DNA of 60,169 nucleotides, the filler included, from Porpidia crustulata (taxonomy: Eukaryota): NCBI GenBank assembly GCA_964255105.1. It is 7 parts of 7 records of this genome, joined end to end, with 100 filler letters (N's around TTAATTAATTAA, not from the genome) between each part and the next. Parts side by side here need not be neighbours in the genome. Positions count along the whole stretch, not along the records: positions 8,640 to 17,178 come from CAXUWE010001101.1; positions 17,279 to 25,804 come from CAXUWE010001102.1; 5 more parts are not named here. The stretch is one strand, 5' to 3'. How positions within the stretch are numbered: the first letter of the stretch is position 1; the number at the start of each line of letters is the position of its first letter. The position numbers and the translations under genes are program-made. This document shows, in pieces, positions 11,493-23,594 of the stretch. Under the pieces are notes generated by a model. It searched no databases and was not told the DNA's origin. It worked only from the letters and a program-made list of their open reading frames with translations.

Positions 11493-14400
11493 TTATGAGA
11501 CGGTATGGACGGAACTTTCTGCTCTTGCTTTCATATGTGCAGCTTGTGTCTCAAGGGATTGAGCCATCTCGAGGGTTACTTATTGTTGTCAGCATAAAGA
11601 CTCCGCGTCCCTATTCAGGACACTTACCAGGCCAGACAGCCGCATTCTCTAGCATGCGAGCTGTAACCATGAGTATTTTACTACCGTATCCACGATCATG
11701 TATAGTCGGCATGCCATTCGTTGCTGTCAAAGCTGCCGTAGCGCTCATGTTGCTGCTATCCCCCAACTTTACTTCTGCACTATTCAAGACCTCTTCGATC
11801 TTCCTCAGGAGCAGACAATCTTCATCATCCAAGAGCATTATTCCAGGGACTTGGCCAAAGTCGATTTCATCCTTTCCGAGTATTCCTAAGTAGCGGCCAA
11901 CCCTTCGCTGCACAGTCGAGACCCATTCCGCTAGCACCTGAGCACAATCAAACGCGCACATTGCCGACTGAATTGGTAATTCACGAGAATTGAAGTCCGC
12001 AAAGGTCACCCCAAGTTTATCCGCCATAGACAATGACGTTGCCGCGCAGAAAGCTGCTTTCCGCAGATGTCTCTCTCGCTTGGAGCACTGTCCGGATGAT
12101 TGAGGTGCTGCTTGTTCGTGTTGCACTGGCACAGCAGGGATTGATTGCTCGGCTTTGATGTATGTACCGTCAAGCATTGGAGAGCTGCTATTCGTACTCG
12201 CGGAAGCCATTGTGGAGCCATCATTACTGGGACTGGTGTCAGACGAGTGATCGGCATGCTGGATGATTTCTGACCCCTGGGCTAACTCATCGGCCATGCC
12301 ATCAAAGTCACGCTGCCAGAAAGCCTCTTTCGAGCGTCCCAGGTTGACGAACAGGCGGACATATGCAAGATCCAAAAGCGGGATGCAGTCCGCGGAAAGT
12401 GAGCTAATACCGAAGGGATTCGGTCTCTCAAAGCTGTGCTGTGGATTACTTGCCCAAGCTGCCTGCCAAGCTCTCAGGGCAGGCTCAACGTGGGCATGCA
12501 TAGCTTCCGTCTCTTGTGTTGTCCATTGTCTGCCTATGTGTCTTTGTCGTGTCTCCCAGATATAGTTGTGCAAGGCATTGATAAGCACGAGACAGCCAAA
12601 GGTACTTGGTCCAATCTCACTCTCGGGGAGGTCCTCCAACTTCAGGCTCGATCCGAATGGTTGATTGTATTGAGCGAAAATGTGAAGCTGCTGTTGCTGC
12701 TGCCGCTGGCTAGCCGTAAGTAGAGAACTTAATGCAGATGCAAATGGGACTGCTTTTTGCTCTGCTAGGGCAACCCCGCCAAGAGCATACCATGTCTCGG
12801 CAGTATCAGCAGCCCATAAGCCTTCGTCACAAGGAAGATCAAGACGTATTTCTGAATTCATTAGTGCCGGGGCGTGGTTGTACGCTGAAACTAATAGGCT
12901 CGATAATATGAACACTGCATAAAGCGTCCTTTTCCGTTCTTCAGCCAGCTTCCAATCGTACCATTCGTTTTGATAGCCGGAAATGTTGTACTGGGTCGAG
13001 GCGTTCCAGCCGCTTGCTTGCCGGTCATCTCCACCCATCTGAACGTCTTCGGGCACGGTGGAATGTGGTGCTCTTTGAAATGATCCAGCTCTAGCAGAGT
13101 ATCCATACGGTAAGGGTTTTGCAAGTTCAGCTGCTCGAGCTAAGCTCACTAGAGCAGCGCAATGGGTGCTTGCAATTCCTGCGGACGTTCGATCACCACA
13201 ATTATGGCCATAGATGACATTCAAGAGCATTGCCTGCACCAGCCACAACGGTGTGTTCTGTGCGGAAGTTTCACTGGCATTGGCGGACCCATTCAGAGCC
13301 GCAGACATGTCACCTTTACGCCTTTCTTCGAGATACAATTGGATCATCTTTTTGGCCATCTCGAAGAGATCCTTGGAAGTATTAAGTTCATACTCATACA
13401 GGGCACCGATTGCGGCCATTGCGAGGATGAGGGAGCCCCCGCCGCCTACAACGCCGGATTGGCCAAAGTTCATTTGTCCGCTCGATGCTCTTAGGCTGTT
13501 AGTGTAGGCCGGTGAGTCGAATGATAAAGATGCGATGTGCAGAAATGGAAGATGGGGATGAAAGTATTGAATATAAGCGGCAACGTAACGTTGGAGGTCA
13601 TATGTGCTTGGTAAAGGTACCCCACTTATGCTGCGCGACCTTGCAGCAAAAGCCGGCGACAAAGGTGAGCTCACTTGAGGTTGGGATGTGTTTAGATGGT
13701 TATGACCGAACAGTGAAGAGTGGGAAAGACTGTTCAGGAGGGCTTGCCGAGTGGCGTCAGTAATGGAGTCTGTGGAAATAGAGGTCACTGAGCTTTGCCT
13801 ATTACTGCTGCTTATTGACGTGGCGGAATTGCTCGGCGTTTCGGAATGTGACACCATGGGAGGGTGGAAGTACTGATTGTTCAGCCCATGCATCATGGCT
13901 ACCGGTGTCTGGGACGTCAACGGTGATGGTGTAGAGAAGAACCCGTCGACAGTTGCCATGGGATCATGGAGCGATTTCGGTGATAAGGGCCCTGTAGGTA
14001 GAAGCTCTGGAAAAGGCGCACCCGATAAGTCCATCGAGTAGCCTGCTGCCAGTGGTACTTGAGACATCATTGGATTTTGCCATATGGACGATGTGTGCAC
14101 TGGATTGTTCGACCCATCCAGCATCACTTCACTCAGTCCGCTGTGGCTGCCTGTACTGTGTGCGGACGGGGAAGAGCCATCAATAGCTTGCTCCTTCGCA
14201 GGGTCGAACGAGAGTTGGTGCTCAAAGCCTGGTAGCCACCCAAAATTACCTTGGTCTTCCATGGAACCCTGGGCTGCTGGCAAACCATGGAAGCCGTGAT
14301 GAAAGGGTGATGCTGGCGCATCAAAGGCAAAAGTCTGTGGCGAGTTGGAGAAATGCAGCTGGGCCGGGTTTATCGTCGATCCTGGCCCATACCACAGCTG

Positions 14401-15290
14401 CTCCATATCGATTTCACCACCCAAGCCCCCATACGGAGGAGCTGTGCGGAGGCTTGCGCTCACGTCACTACTCAAACCATTGGTGTCGAGTTTGGGCAAA
14501 ACATGTGGATTGCCATGATGGCCGCTAGCTGTTGACATGCCTCGAAAATGATAGCCTCCGACTCCGGGTAAAGAATTCGAATTGGAGTGTGTACCAAAGC
14601 TCAGCGGCATTCCATCGTGCCGAGACACAGATGAGTTAGCAGCCGCAATCATTCCGAGTGTTGTGTTATCCACATGGCTGATTGTATTGGCCCTCGGGCG
14701 CATGGAGCCGGCTCCAGTGCCACCAGAACCACTTACTGCGCTATTGACTATTGAGGATTTGCGAACTCTGGCAGGGCCGCCAGTAGCAGCGCTGCTAGCA
14801 CTTTCTCTCCTTGTTCCTCTTTGCCGCGAACTTGGCATTGCGGTCATGTGGAGTTTCTGTTGATGCCGAAGAAGCAGATCCCGCCGGGCAAAGCACCTGG
14901 TGCATTCTGGACACTCGAACGGCTTTTCCTTAGTGTGTGATCGCTCATGTCTTTTGAGGTGCTCGAGTCGAGCAAAGGATCGAGTACATGTAGCGCAAAT
15001 ATGGGGTCTTGGTTTGTCGGTTTTTGGGGGTGGGAAGTTGGCGTTGCTGTTTTGGCCACCATTCAAGGACTTTGCATGGGGACGTGCTATTCAAAGGGTC
15101 AGTTTTGATGGCTGAAGGAGACCAGGTGAGAAGATCAAAGGGTTTTCGCAGGCGGGCCTTCAAGTAGCTTACCATTCACGTTTCCCCCGTTTGTCGTGCT
15201 CTTGGGCCCGACGGCTCCATTGGGAGGGCCAACCGGAGTGGAGGCAGGCGCCACTGCCGAATCTTGGCTCATTATCGTATCTGCTACCAT
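11493..15290 (-). CDS. amdX: C2H2 zinc-finger transcription factor with fungal-specific TF domain (AmdX/Adr1/Tda9-like)
   Basis: Two C2H2 fingers HICATCTRSFARLEHLKRHERSH / FECPECTRCFARRDLLLRHQQKLH; YFHPHLPFLH and EERKRT motifs; introns at about 15172-15087 and 11627-11579 give an in-frame start at 15290 (or 15272) and stop at 11493. Confidence 0.85.
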
Positions 15291-17178
15291 CCAGAGTATC
15301 GTTCCGAGAAGCGCATGAAGATTTGGAGTGTGGTAGAGCGTTTCGAAGTGTCGAGGGTCGGGTATAAAGAGGCAATTCAACTGCAAGACCACTCAGTGGT
15401 TCGAACTTGCTATTTGGCTCCACGTATTCCAAGCTGCACAAACCGACGTCGATCGGCTCGTGGTATACAGGGCCAGCGACCGTCGGGGCGTATGTGAAGG
15501 TCTAGAATCGTAGTGGTGAACGCGATCTAAGTCGAAACAAGTGCTACCTCTATCATATTGAAATATCAGTCTCAAGATCGTTTGGAGAGCATTGGCGCTT
15601 GAGTCGAGTCTCGCTGCTCACCGTGCCCACTTGACCCAGGCGGGTAAAAGTAATATGCAGCAAGCCGATGTTGACTTCCGACTTTGAAGGATAGGCAATT
15701 GAGCAGCCTTAGATTGCTCAGGCAATAAAAATGAAGTTTGGAGTCGCTTTCTAACCAAGGCGATTCCAGGGAACCTTTTGCAATACTGGCGTGTCTCAAA
15801 TATCTCCCGCGCCTCTGCTTGCAGATGGCAAGTCCGTGGCGATTTCGCTTTTCCCAACGAAACAATCCACTTAAATGGGGTGCCCTGGTTTCAGAACGTA
15901 GCGACCACTGCTAAGCTTTTATATTGCTTCGTAAGGCCACTGGGATCGTGTAGATATATCAATCGCAACTGTTGGTAGTAAATGCGAGTAGCAGAAGCAA
16001 TCCGTCAGTGAAGAGGATGCCGAACCAGGATTACCGTCAGGCGACGAAGCCAAGAGCAATGGGCCTTTCACGAGCCGCTCGCTGTAGAAACAGAAGTAAA
16101 TGCGATGCGCTCTATGTACTGGGTAGGATGTTGGGGGGGAGGGGGTCCTGTCGGAAGAAAAATGATCCAACAGCAGCAGCAACGACAACAATTACCACGG
16201 CCGCGATGAGAGTTGAAAGAGAAGACAGGCTCCAGATCTGGAGATTTGGATGCGTTTGGTCTGGCGTTGGTTTGTTTGGTTTGGTATCGGCGTATACTCT
16301 AGAGTAAGTATGGCAAGTATGGACTGGGGATTCGACGTCACCCGAGGCCATGGTTCTACCGCCCCCAGCTAATTGGGCCAGGGAACGTGATGCCGACCCT
16401 CGAACGGTCGATAATCAGAAATCGGGTGCGATCAGCCTATGGAAATACGTTGATTGGCGGAAATTAATTGGCTGCATGTTGGACTCGGTAACGTTATTCT
16501 ACGCAACTAATCTACTCTACTCGTATCATAGGAAAAAGATTTATCCTTCGTGGTGTGTGTGTGGGGACTCTGGGAGCCTGTTGGTGATCTGATACATACC
16601 TTAACGATAGAAGAAGAATATCTCCGGAATATCAATAGTAATAAGTGAAGATATCTCTTCTTGCTGTGAGAGCGGCGCACGAAGACGATGTCTTACTCAT
16701 AAAACAATTTCGAATACCGTGATTCCATCACATCAATCTTGGTATTTAACTTTCATTTCGGTACGCAGATTTGTTATTGACCCAACAAGTATTTCAACAA
16801 TCAAATTTACTACACTCCCATGACTCCCTCCTCGATGTAGACTGATGTGTTTACAACGCTCTATCTCGGCGGCCGTGGCTGGTACAGCCGGTCGTCTGTA
16901 CGGTGATAGTGCTCTTTCGAGCAGAAGTACTTATACCTAGTATGAACCTAGTTGAGGGTACTGTAGTAGTCGTAGCGGTGGTAGAAGTAGTAAAGTAATT
17001 TGCAGCAGCAGGCCTTTTTGGTCGTTCCCGGCATGGGGGAACCCTGATTCTGCCGCGCAATTTACTACGTAGAACCTCGAAGCTCCAGGATCAGCGATGA
17101 TCTGAGAGTAAAAGATGTGTAGGTCGCTGGTGGTAGTGGTAAGGCGACGGCGTTGTGGTCCTTGTGGCGGCCCTCCCT

Positions 17179-17278
17179 NNNNNNNNNNNNNNNNNNNNNN
17201 NNNNNNNNNNNNNNNNNNNNNNTTAATTAATTAANNNNNNNNNNNNNNNNNNNNNNNNNNNNNNNNNNNNNNNNNNNN
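17179..17278. other. Artificial contig spacer
   Basis: N44-TTAATTAATTAA-N44. Confidence 0.98.
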
Positions 17279-17902
17279 ACCCTCCTCCCCCAACAACCCC
17301 TCTACTTCCGCTTCGACACAATCTGCCTCCTCGTCCTCCTCCGGCCCAGCCAAACCTTCCGACTCGCCCTCCTCCACCTATCCAGCCGCTTCGCCCCACA
17401 GCGGCCGCCTACAATCCAAGCCACAACATCGACGTCCTGCAGCATCAATCGTAGCAGATGCACCAACGCCAGCCTTCATTCCAGGTACCGGTTCAGCTAC
17501 CCCAGCGGCCTCCGCAACAAGCTCCACTTCAGGGGCAGAATCAATTCCATCCCCAGCAGCAGCCTGAGTTCCATGGCCAATTCCCGCAGCAGCGCCAGAC
17601 TCAATATCCGGGACAGAATCAGCGGTGCCAAATCAGCCAAACCAGTGGAGTCAGCGTCGGTTTTGAGGGATTTAATTTAGTTTTTGCAAAATATGTAGAG
17701 TAGGGTAATCTCATAGGGGATCAGCCTTATCGCTCTTCTAGCTGTGAGCGGCCAGGGCTGATTATTAAGCTGACGTTGCCGTCGCTAAGGAATATGATTG
17801 GCTTACTTACTCAAGTCAACTTCAACATCTTCAATTGCAACTAAAATTGTTACACCTTGCTTCGAATTCTTTCCTCTTAGGCTAGATATTCTACTGCCCA
17901 CA

Positions 17903-18568
17903 ATGGTACGTATTCAGCCCGCTTTCCAAGCTTCATTGGCAACAAAACCACTGACTGCCTTGCGCGGCGCAGGTTCAAGGCCATCACGGGGTAGGCGGGT
18001 GGACCCAGAAACCAAATTACGACACCTACAAATCACCCTATGGACCTGCGTAAGTCGCTACACTCGGCTTTCTATATGCGACATGACTGCAATAATCAAA
18101 GGGAAATGCTGACTTGCTTTGTCCACCTACAGCTACAGAGTACAACCCAACTTCCATGGCATTGGGCCTAGCAGAGCAATGAGATTGTATTACCCCCAGT
18201 CTCCCCTTTATACCTCAATCGCCTTGGTGTCTCTGTATTCCGAGCTGGGTCAGCTGCGATGTACTGTTATCTCAGTCAACGAGCGATACCCCGTTTCCCC
18301 AAGCCCCGCCTCCCTGAACTCTCCCAACCCTTGGCTAATTCCGCCTCACTAGTGGCATAACGGCCGGATCCTTTGGTGCCGTCGCGGGCATCTTCGCTCT
18401 CTTCTTCTTCGGTGAGGTTCCTAAGGTTCGGAAGGACATAATGCAGAAGCTCCCGGTGATTGGCGATTACTTTGTGAGGGATGTACCTCCGGAGGATAAT
18501 GTGAGTGAAATGATGCCCACAAATACTGCTTTGAGGGCGTGGGTTGATGATTCTGGTAGCCGTTCTGA
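17903..18568 (+). CDS. QCR10: Cytochrome bc1 complex subunit 10 (five exons; not recovered as one ORF in the track)
   Basis: Spliced product MVQGHHGVGGWTQKPNYDTYKSPYGPAYRVQPNFHGIGPSRAMRFGITAGSFGAVAGIFALFFFGEVPKVRKDIMQKLPVIGDYFVRDVPPEDNPF; canonical GT-AG introns; typical C-terminal PPEDNPF. Confidence 0.9.
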
Positions 18569-19378
18569 TTCAAGCATATCTGTGGGCAGGAGGATGATTT
18601 GGGAGGAGGTGGAGGGCAGGTATAGATAAAGTTAGATTATACTGCAGCATCAACACAAACGGCGTTTTGCATAGTGCACTGGCCCTGGAGGGAGATGTAG
18701 ATAGGTGAAGTTTATCAAAACCATCCTTCAACCCGCATTATTTCTCATTGAGCTCCTTCACAATCATATTGCTCTATATGGGTCTTAACGGAAATACACC
18801 GATGGATGAAATCAAAGAGATGAAGAACACGATCTAGCAAATCCTCATGCCGTTTTTCCTCGCGTGAGGACGCCAAATTTGGTGCCATGTGATTTATCAA
18901 GGCCAAATGGGTTTTCGGAAAATGGTATCTGTAAAGCTTCATTTCTCCGAATTGAATTCCCTTAGGTCCGATAGTTATCTAGTGCCGAGAGTACCCTGAT
19001 GTTAGAGTAGCGTTGACAAGGATCTACGGGATCTTTAGGCTACAATAATATATGTTGATATTAATCGTCACCGCAGAATTGTAAATACAGTCCTTGATAA
19101 AGCATGCGGTCTGACAAACCCAATTAGATGATTTATCGTTTACATTGAACATACCGTAACGGTCTTCCATCAATTAGACATGAATCTACACCGGCAGCCT
19201 TAATGTCGATTTCCTACAAAGCTGAAGCCTTTCTAGGCTGCAATTCACCATAACATCCTATCTCACATCCCACCTAAGCGAATTGTTTTCAATTGGCGAC
19301 CCCATCGCAACAGATTTTCGTCAATCATACCTCTCTTACTTTTGTTGTCACAGATTCCCATCACCCACCGCAAGAGCC

Positions 19379-20059
19379 ATGTCTACAACCCAAACTCCAA
19401 TCTCTCTCAACATCCCCCCATTCCTTTCTCACCTCCGCGTACCTCTCTCCACTTTCCTTGCCCGCAATCCTCGCTACCAAGCCCTTGCGGTAGGCGCCTG
19501 TATATTCTTTCCCCCCGTCTCTCAAGAACCCTTACCAGCCTCCTCTCAACCCCCACGTCTTCTTCTCGTCCAGCGCGCGGCAACCGAATTCGCCTTCCCT
19601 AACCTCTGGGAATTTCCGGGCGGCTCCTCCGAGGCTTCCGATCCCACGGTGCTACACAGTGTTGCGCGCGAAGTCTTCGAGGAAACAGGCCTACTGGTCC
19701 GCCGTCTCAACAACCTTGTCGGCGAGGGTGTGGAGTTCGTCACCGGCACCGGCGACAACAAGAATACATGGCTGAAATTGACCATTGAGGTCGAAGTGGT
19801 TGAGATCCCTAACCACTCGCACCGTGATGGACCTACGAATGGCGCTAGTGGTGAGACAGCGGTAGATGAGGTGAGGATTACGTTGGACCCCGAGGAACAT
19901 CAACAATACGCGTGGGTGACGGAAGAGGACGTGAGACGGACGCCGGAGGAGGGGGGATATGAGATTATGACGGAGGAGCAGAGGGAGGTTATGCTACAGG
20001 CTTTTGGGATGAGGAAGGGTGGTGGGAAGGGGAGATTCTTGCCGCTGACGGCGGGATAG
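19379..20059 (+). CDS. Nudix hydrolase
   Basis: Nudix box WEFPGGSSEASDPTVLHSVAREVFEETGL; C-terminal LDPEEHQQYAWVT; first ATG at 19379. Confidence 0.9.
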   Translation: MSTTQTPISLNIPPFLSHLRVPLSTFLARNPRYQALAVGACIFFPPVSQEPLPASSQPPRLLLVQRAATEFAFPNLWEFPGGSSEASDPTVLHSVAREVFEETGLLVRRLNNLVGEGVEFVTGTGDNKNTWLKLTIEVEVVEIPNHSHRDGPTNGASGETAVDEVRITLDPEEHQQYAWVTEEDVRRTPEEGGYEIMTEEQREVMLQAFGMRKGGGKGRFLPLTAG

Positions 20060-20806
20060 GGGGTTTGCAATTAAATGGCATCATTGCAGGTTGAGAGTCT
20101 GCTTGGGTCGAGGTGTAGAGAGCGAGCTTAGCGGGAGGGACATGGAATCATTTGAACCCTAGAACAGCTGTCCTGAACCCTTGAACTATCTAGCTGCAAA
20201 AATTTGTCTTGCCCCTCAAATTTTGTTCAATTATCCAGTTGCAAGCTGTCCACTAGCACCTTTAAAGCGGCGGCCTCAAACCAGTCCAGAGTAGAACCTC
20301 CTAGTGCTCCTCATTTTAAGGACCTCAACCCTTTCCAACGACAACAAGGTGCGACTTGATCAAGTCGCAACGAGCTCAGGTGGTCAAGCTTTTCTCAGAA
20401 CAACGTGTGCAAGGGATGAAGAGAATAGTTCCCAATCGATGGCTTGTATTACGATCGGTCTCCTGAAGCACCACCAGCTCTCGCCTAATGCATCTTCGTT
20501 CTAAGACTGACAGCACGACCTGATGCAAGTGCTGGTAATATGCATGCCGCGTACCGCATGAGAAAGTCTCCTACACGAGTTGTGACATTTCATTGATAGC
20601 AAGCCAACCAGTCGGAGCTGTACAGTGGTTTACCAGGTCGATTCCGCCCATGAATGGCCATGAATGGGTGTAACGAAGCAAGACATTCGGCAAGTACAAT
20701 GTAATCCCTCTTCTACCTTGATTATGTTCCAACTTTGCCCGATCTTATACGACAGACTGTTGAACACTTTTGCCTCAAATTTCTAAGCAAGCCGTTCTAT
20801 TCAACA

Positions 20807-21502
20807 ATGAATCGTAAAAGCTACCAGTCTCTCAAATATTGGAGAATTCTAGTCCTGCCACTCGTGTTTGGACCACTCTTTTTGACGCTCCTTTACGCAA
20901 TCTTCGGTCCCTATATTGGCCTACGCTTCTCTAACTTGATCACAACGGTCCGATCTCACACTTGCGTTTCAGACCCTAGAACAACAATTTCATTTTCGGA
21001 CTACGAGGAATTCCAAAGCATAAGGACGGAGGCCAACCAGGTCTGGGATGCCATCTTAACACCGAATGGTGGACGCCTCTATCAAACCGACAGCAACGGC
21101 CGTAGATACGGCTCTGGGATATCCATGTTTCATCAATTACACTGCCTTCAAATGATTCGAACAAAGCTTCAAAACTTATCTTTCTCCAATGAGAGCTATG
21201 GCGATCCAGGAACAAGGCAGGCACAAGCACACCAGCATCATCTTGACGATGATCATGTGATGCACTGTCTGGACTACGTGAGGCAGGTAAGTAGACTAGC
21301 GAATTGGCTAAATTTTGAGCTCAAATAGGGAAATCGCTAATAGGGAAAGGGTATTTTGTGCTGCGCTGATGGCACCATTGAGCCTCCTAAGAGAACCAAG
21401 GATGGACGTGATATTGCCAACTACAAGCAACCGCATGTGTGCGGCAGTCCGGAGCGCCTATACTCGCTTTCTTTATTGTCAGATAACGACAACGGCCACT
21501 GA
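20807..21502 (+). CDS. DUF3328 / UstYa-like oxidase #1 (two exons)
   Basis: N-terminal TM segment; SMFHQLHCL and HVMHCLDYVRQ|GILCCADGTIE (two HxxHC motifs); intron about 21287-21349; C-terminal HVC motif. Confidence 0.92.
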
Positions 21503-23229
21503 AGCAGCAGCGTTTTTGGGGCATTATGCGATGATACCTGTTGCACCTTAGACGGTACACTACAAACAATAGCTTACTCCACTTTCAATATCACTGATCT
21601 AGATGGCCTACAGCAGTCGTATGCTCTGCAACAGTGCCTAGTATCTACGATCAGTCCCAATCAGGAAGGACATCTTGATTTCCATCCGGACAAGATAATG
21701 AACTATGTCCGGAACCCGCCGAGCTTTTCTGCGTGTCACCGCTGTGATGCAGCAAAATTTCTTTGCTGCTTTACTCAAAGGTTCTTGGCGCTACGAGTTC
21801 AGCTGCAAGGTTTTCTGCAAGTACGTTTCTTCACAGAGCGCTTGCGTGTCACCTGCCTGCAGTCCAGGCCTCGCCCTTTAGGAATGAGCATACAAAAGCA
21901 TGCATAAAGTATGTGTTGTTACTTGCGAAGGTTCCACGGTCTGAAAGTAAGTGATATACGGTAATCCGCCCTGTTGGTACCAGCTGGCAAGGACGACTAT
22001 ACGGCAAGATCCTTGGTATTACACTGCAGCTCTAGTATTGTTACTCAACCGATAGGACCTGCTATTTTGTGCTGCGTCAACTAGCTTAGCTAGGTTGCAC
22101 GATGAAGCTTACCTCAACGACTGACTGTCTCTCTGCATCTTTTCATAGCATCAAGCTACTTCTACGAGGTCACCGTCTGTATCCTGCAGGAGTCGTCAAC
22201 TGTTCATCGTTAAAGGCTTGCCTGCGATCTATGTTGTGTTATCTGCATGCAACTCAGGCTACTAATATTGCGGCCGTGCTGTTTCGTATTCTACTATTCA
22301 ATAGCGTACCACAAGTACCAAGAATCTGAAAGCTGTTACGCTGGTGCAGCCTGAAAGTTCATCGCACATTGGACTTCGAGGATTATCCAAAGCATGGGCA
22401 GTCACGCAGTCAAATGACGGTTGCTAAAGATCCTATGCATGTGGATAAGCGAGACATCTCAACTCGCCATGCATTAGCACCCGAGAGCTGTATGCGCTCA
22501 ATGCAATACCTCGTGCCTCGGTCCTAGACACTGATGTCCCACTACCCTTCCATCTCCCTCTGCCAAATTGGCGTTAAGATGATTCCGATAATGTGTCGAG
22601 GATTGGATTATGTGTAAGCTGCACTCTCGACGAGTTCCTCATTACTTGCATTCGAAATGCTAGGCTATTAGACACAATCGTCGTTACCACTGAAGACTAT
22701 AGTATTCTACGATGGGACACGCCGGAACAGCAGATCTAGTAATCTGAAGCGAACTTGAAGCGAACTGAACCTACCCGCATGGAGTAGCGTCATCTTCATA
22801 GTGAACCTATATTAAGGTAGGCAGGTACCTGACCATCTATGTTCACTCGGCTGGGAAGCAGTGCAAGCTGGTCGGCACCACGTCCGAGGCTGCAGCAGAT
22901 CAAAGCTTCAGAGCAAAGCATGCGGGCAATATAAAGAAGACGATATGCAGCTTCTGCAGCTGCACTCGTTGTGCAAGCACAGAGAAATAATTTGTAGCGG
23001 AGAACATATGACGTTACTAAACTATCACTAGACAAAGCAAAAACTCTTCAACGCCCGAACCTGCCGCTCCTCTCGAGTAGAATCCCCAGGCCTCGACAAC
23101 CGATTGTCGGGATCCTACGCCTCCCTCACTACCTTACTCATCTTCGAAGTCGGCATTCAGGCGCTTAACCTGAGAGAGTCTAAGCCAAACCGCTGTTAGA
23201 AGATATCCGAGTGCTTAGAGTTTGACGGC

Positions 23230-23594
23230 TCACACATTGGGATTTGCCTCGCGCTTAGCTTTGTCGTGTTCGTAGAGAACCATGCTGACGTCGTCTGCTC
23301 GTTTGGCCTTGTCGTGTTCGTAGAGTTTCATAACTAAATCTTCTGCTCGTTTGGCCTTGTCGTGTTCATAAAGGACCATGCTGGAATCTTCTGCGCGTTT
23401 GGCCTTGTCATGTTCATAGAGGACCATACTGGAATCCTCGGCGCGCTTGGCCAGATCTGCAGAGGTGTCAGAAGGTTCTGAGTTGAAAAAACCCGGCATA
23501 ACGAGATGAATGGATGACCTGTTGCTTGCAATGGAGCCGCTTGGATGAAGGGGCCAAGCATGGCCACAAAGGCCAGAATGAGCTTTGTCTGCAT
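23230..23594 (-). CDS. Kex2-processed repeat protein; putative dikaritin RiPP precursor, 100 aa, two exons (23594-23519, 23456-23230)
   Basis: Signal peptide MQTKLILAFVAMLGPFIQA; a 62-nt GT..CTGAC..CAG intron joins the two ORF-track frames; then four 16-aa units AEDSSMVLYEHDKAKR x2, AEDLVMKLYEHDKAKR, ADDVSMVLYEHDKAKR, and tail EANPNV. Confidence 0.9.
23251..23442 (-). repeat. 48-bp coding tandem repeat x4 (precursor core units)
   Basis: Four in-frame copies differing mostly at synonymous positions. Confidence 0.95.

Noticed and set aside
16851..17178. Possible RIP-degraded transposon fragment
   Set aside because: TA-rich decay is suggestive but no recognisable domain or terminus
17279..17703. 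Pro/Gln-rich gene end at contig start
   Set aside because: Low complexity with an in-frame TAG; probably a mutated transposon or gene relic, no assignable family
17903..20059. Qcr10 and Nudix genes as members of the RiPP cluster
   Set aside because: These are housekeeping-type genes with no precedent I know in dikaritin pathways; more likely the left cluster border
23230..23594. Alpha-factor-like mating pheromone precursor
   Set aside because: It has KR repeats but lacks the WC..GQ.CW-type core of filamentous ascomycete alpha pheromones, and the DUF3328 neighbours favour a RiPP
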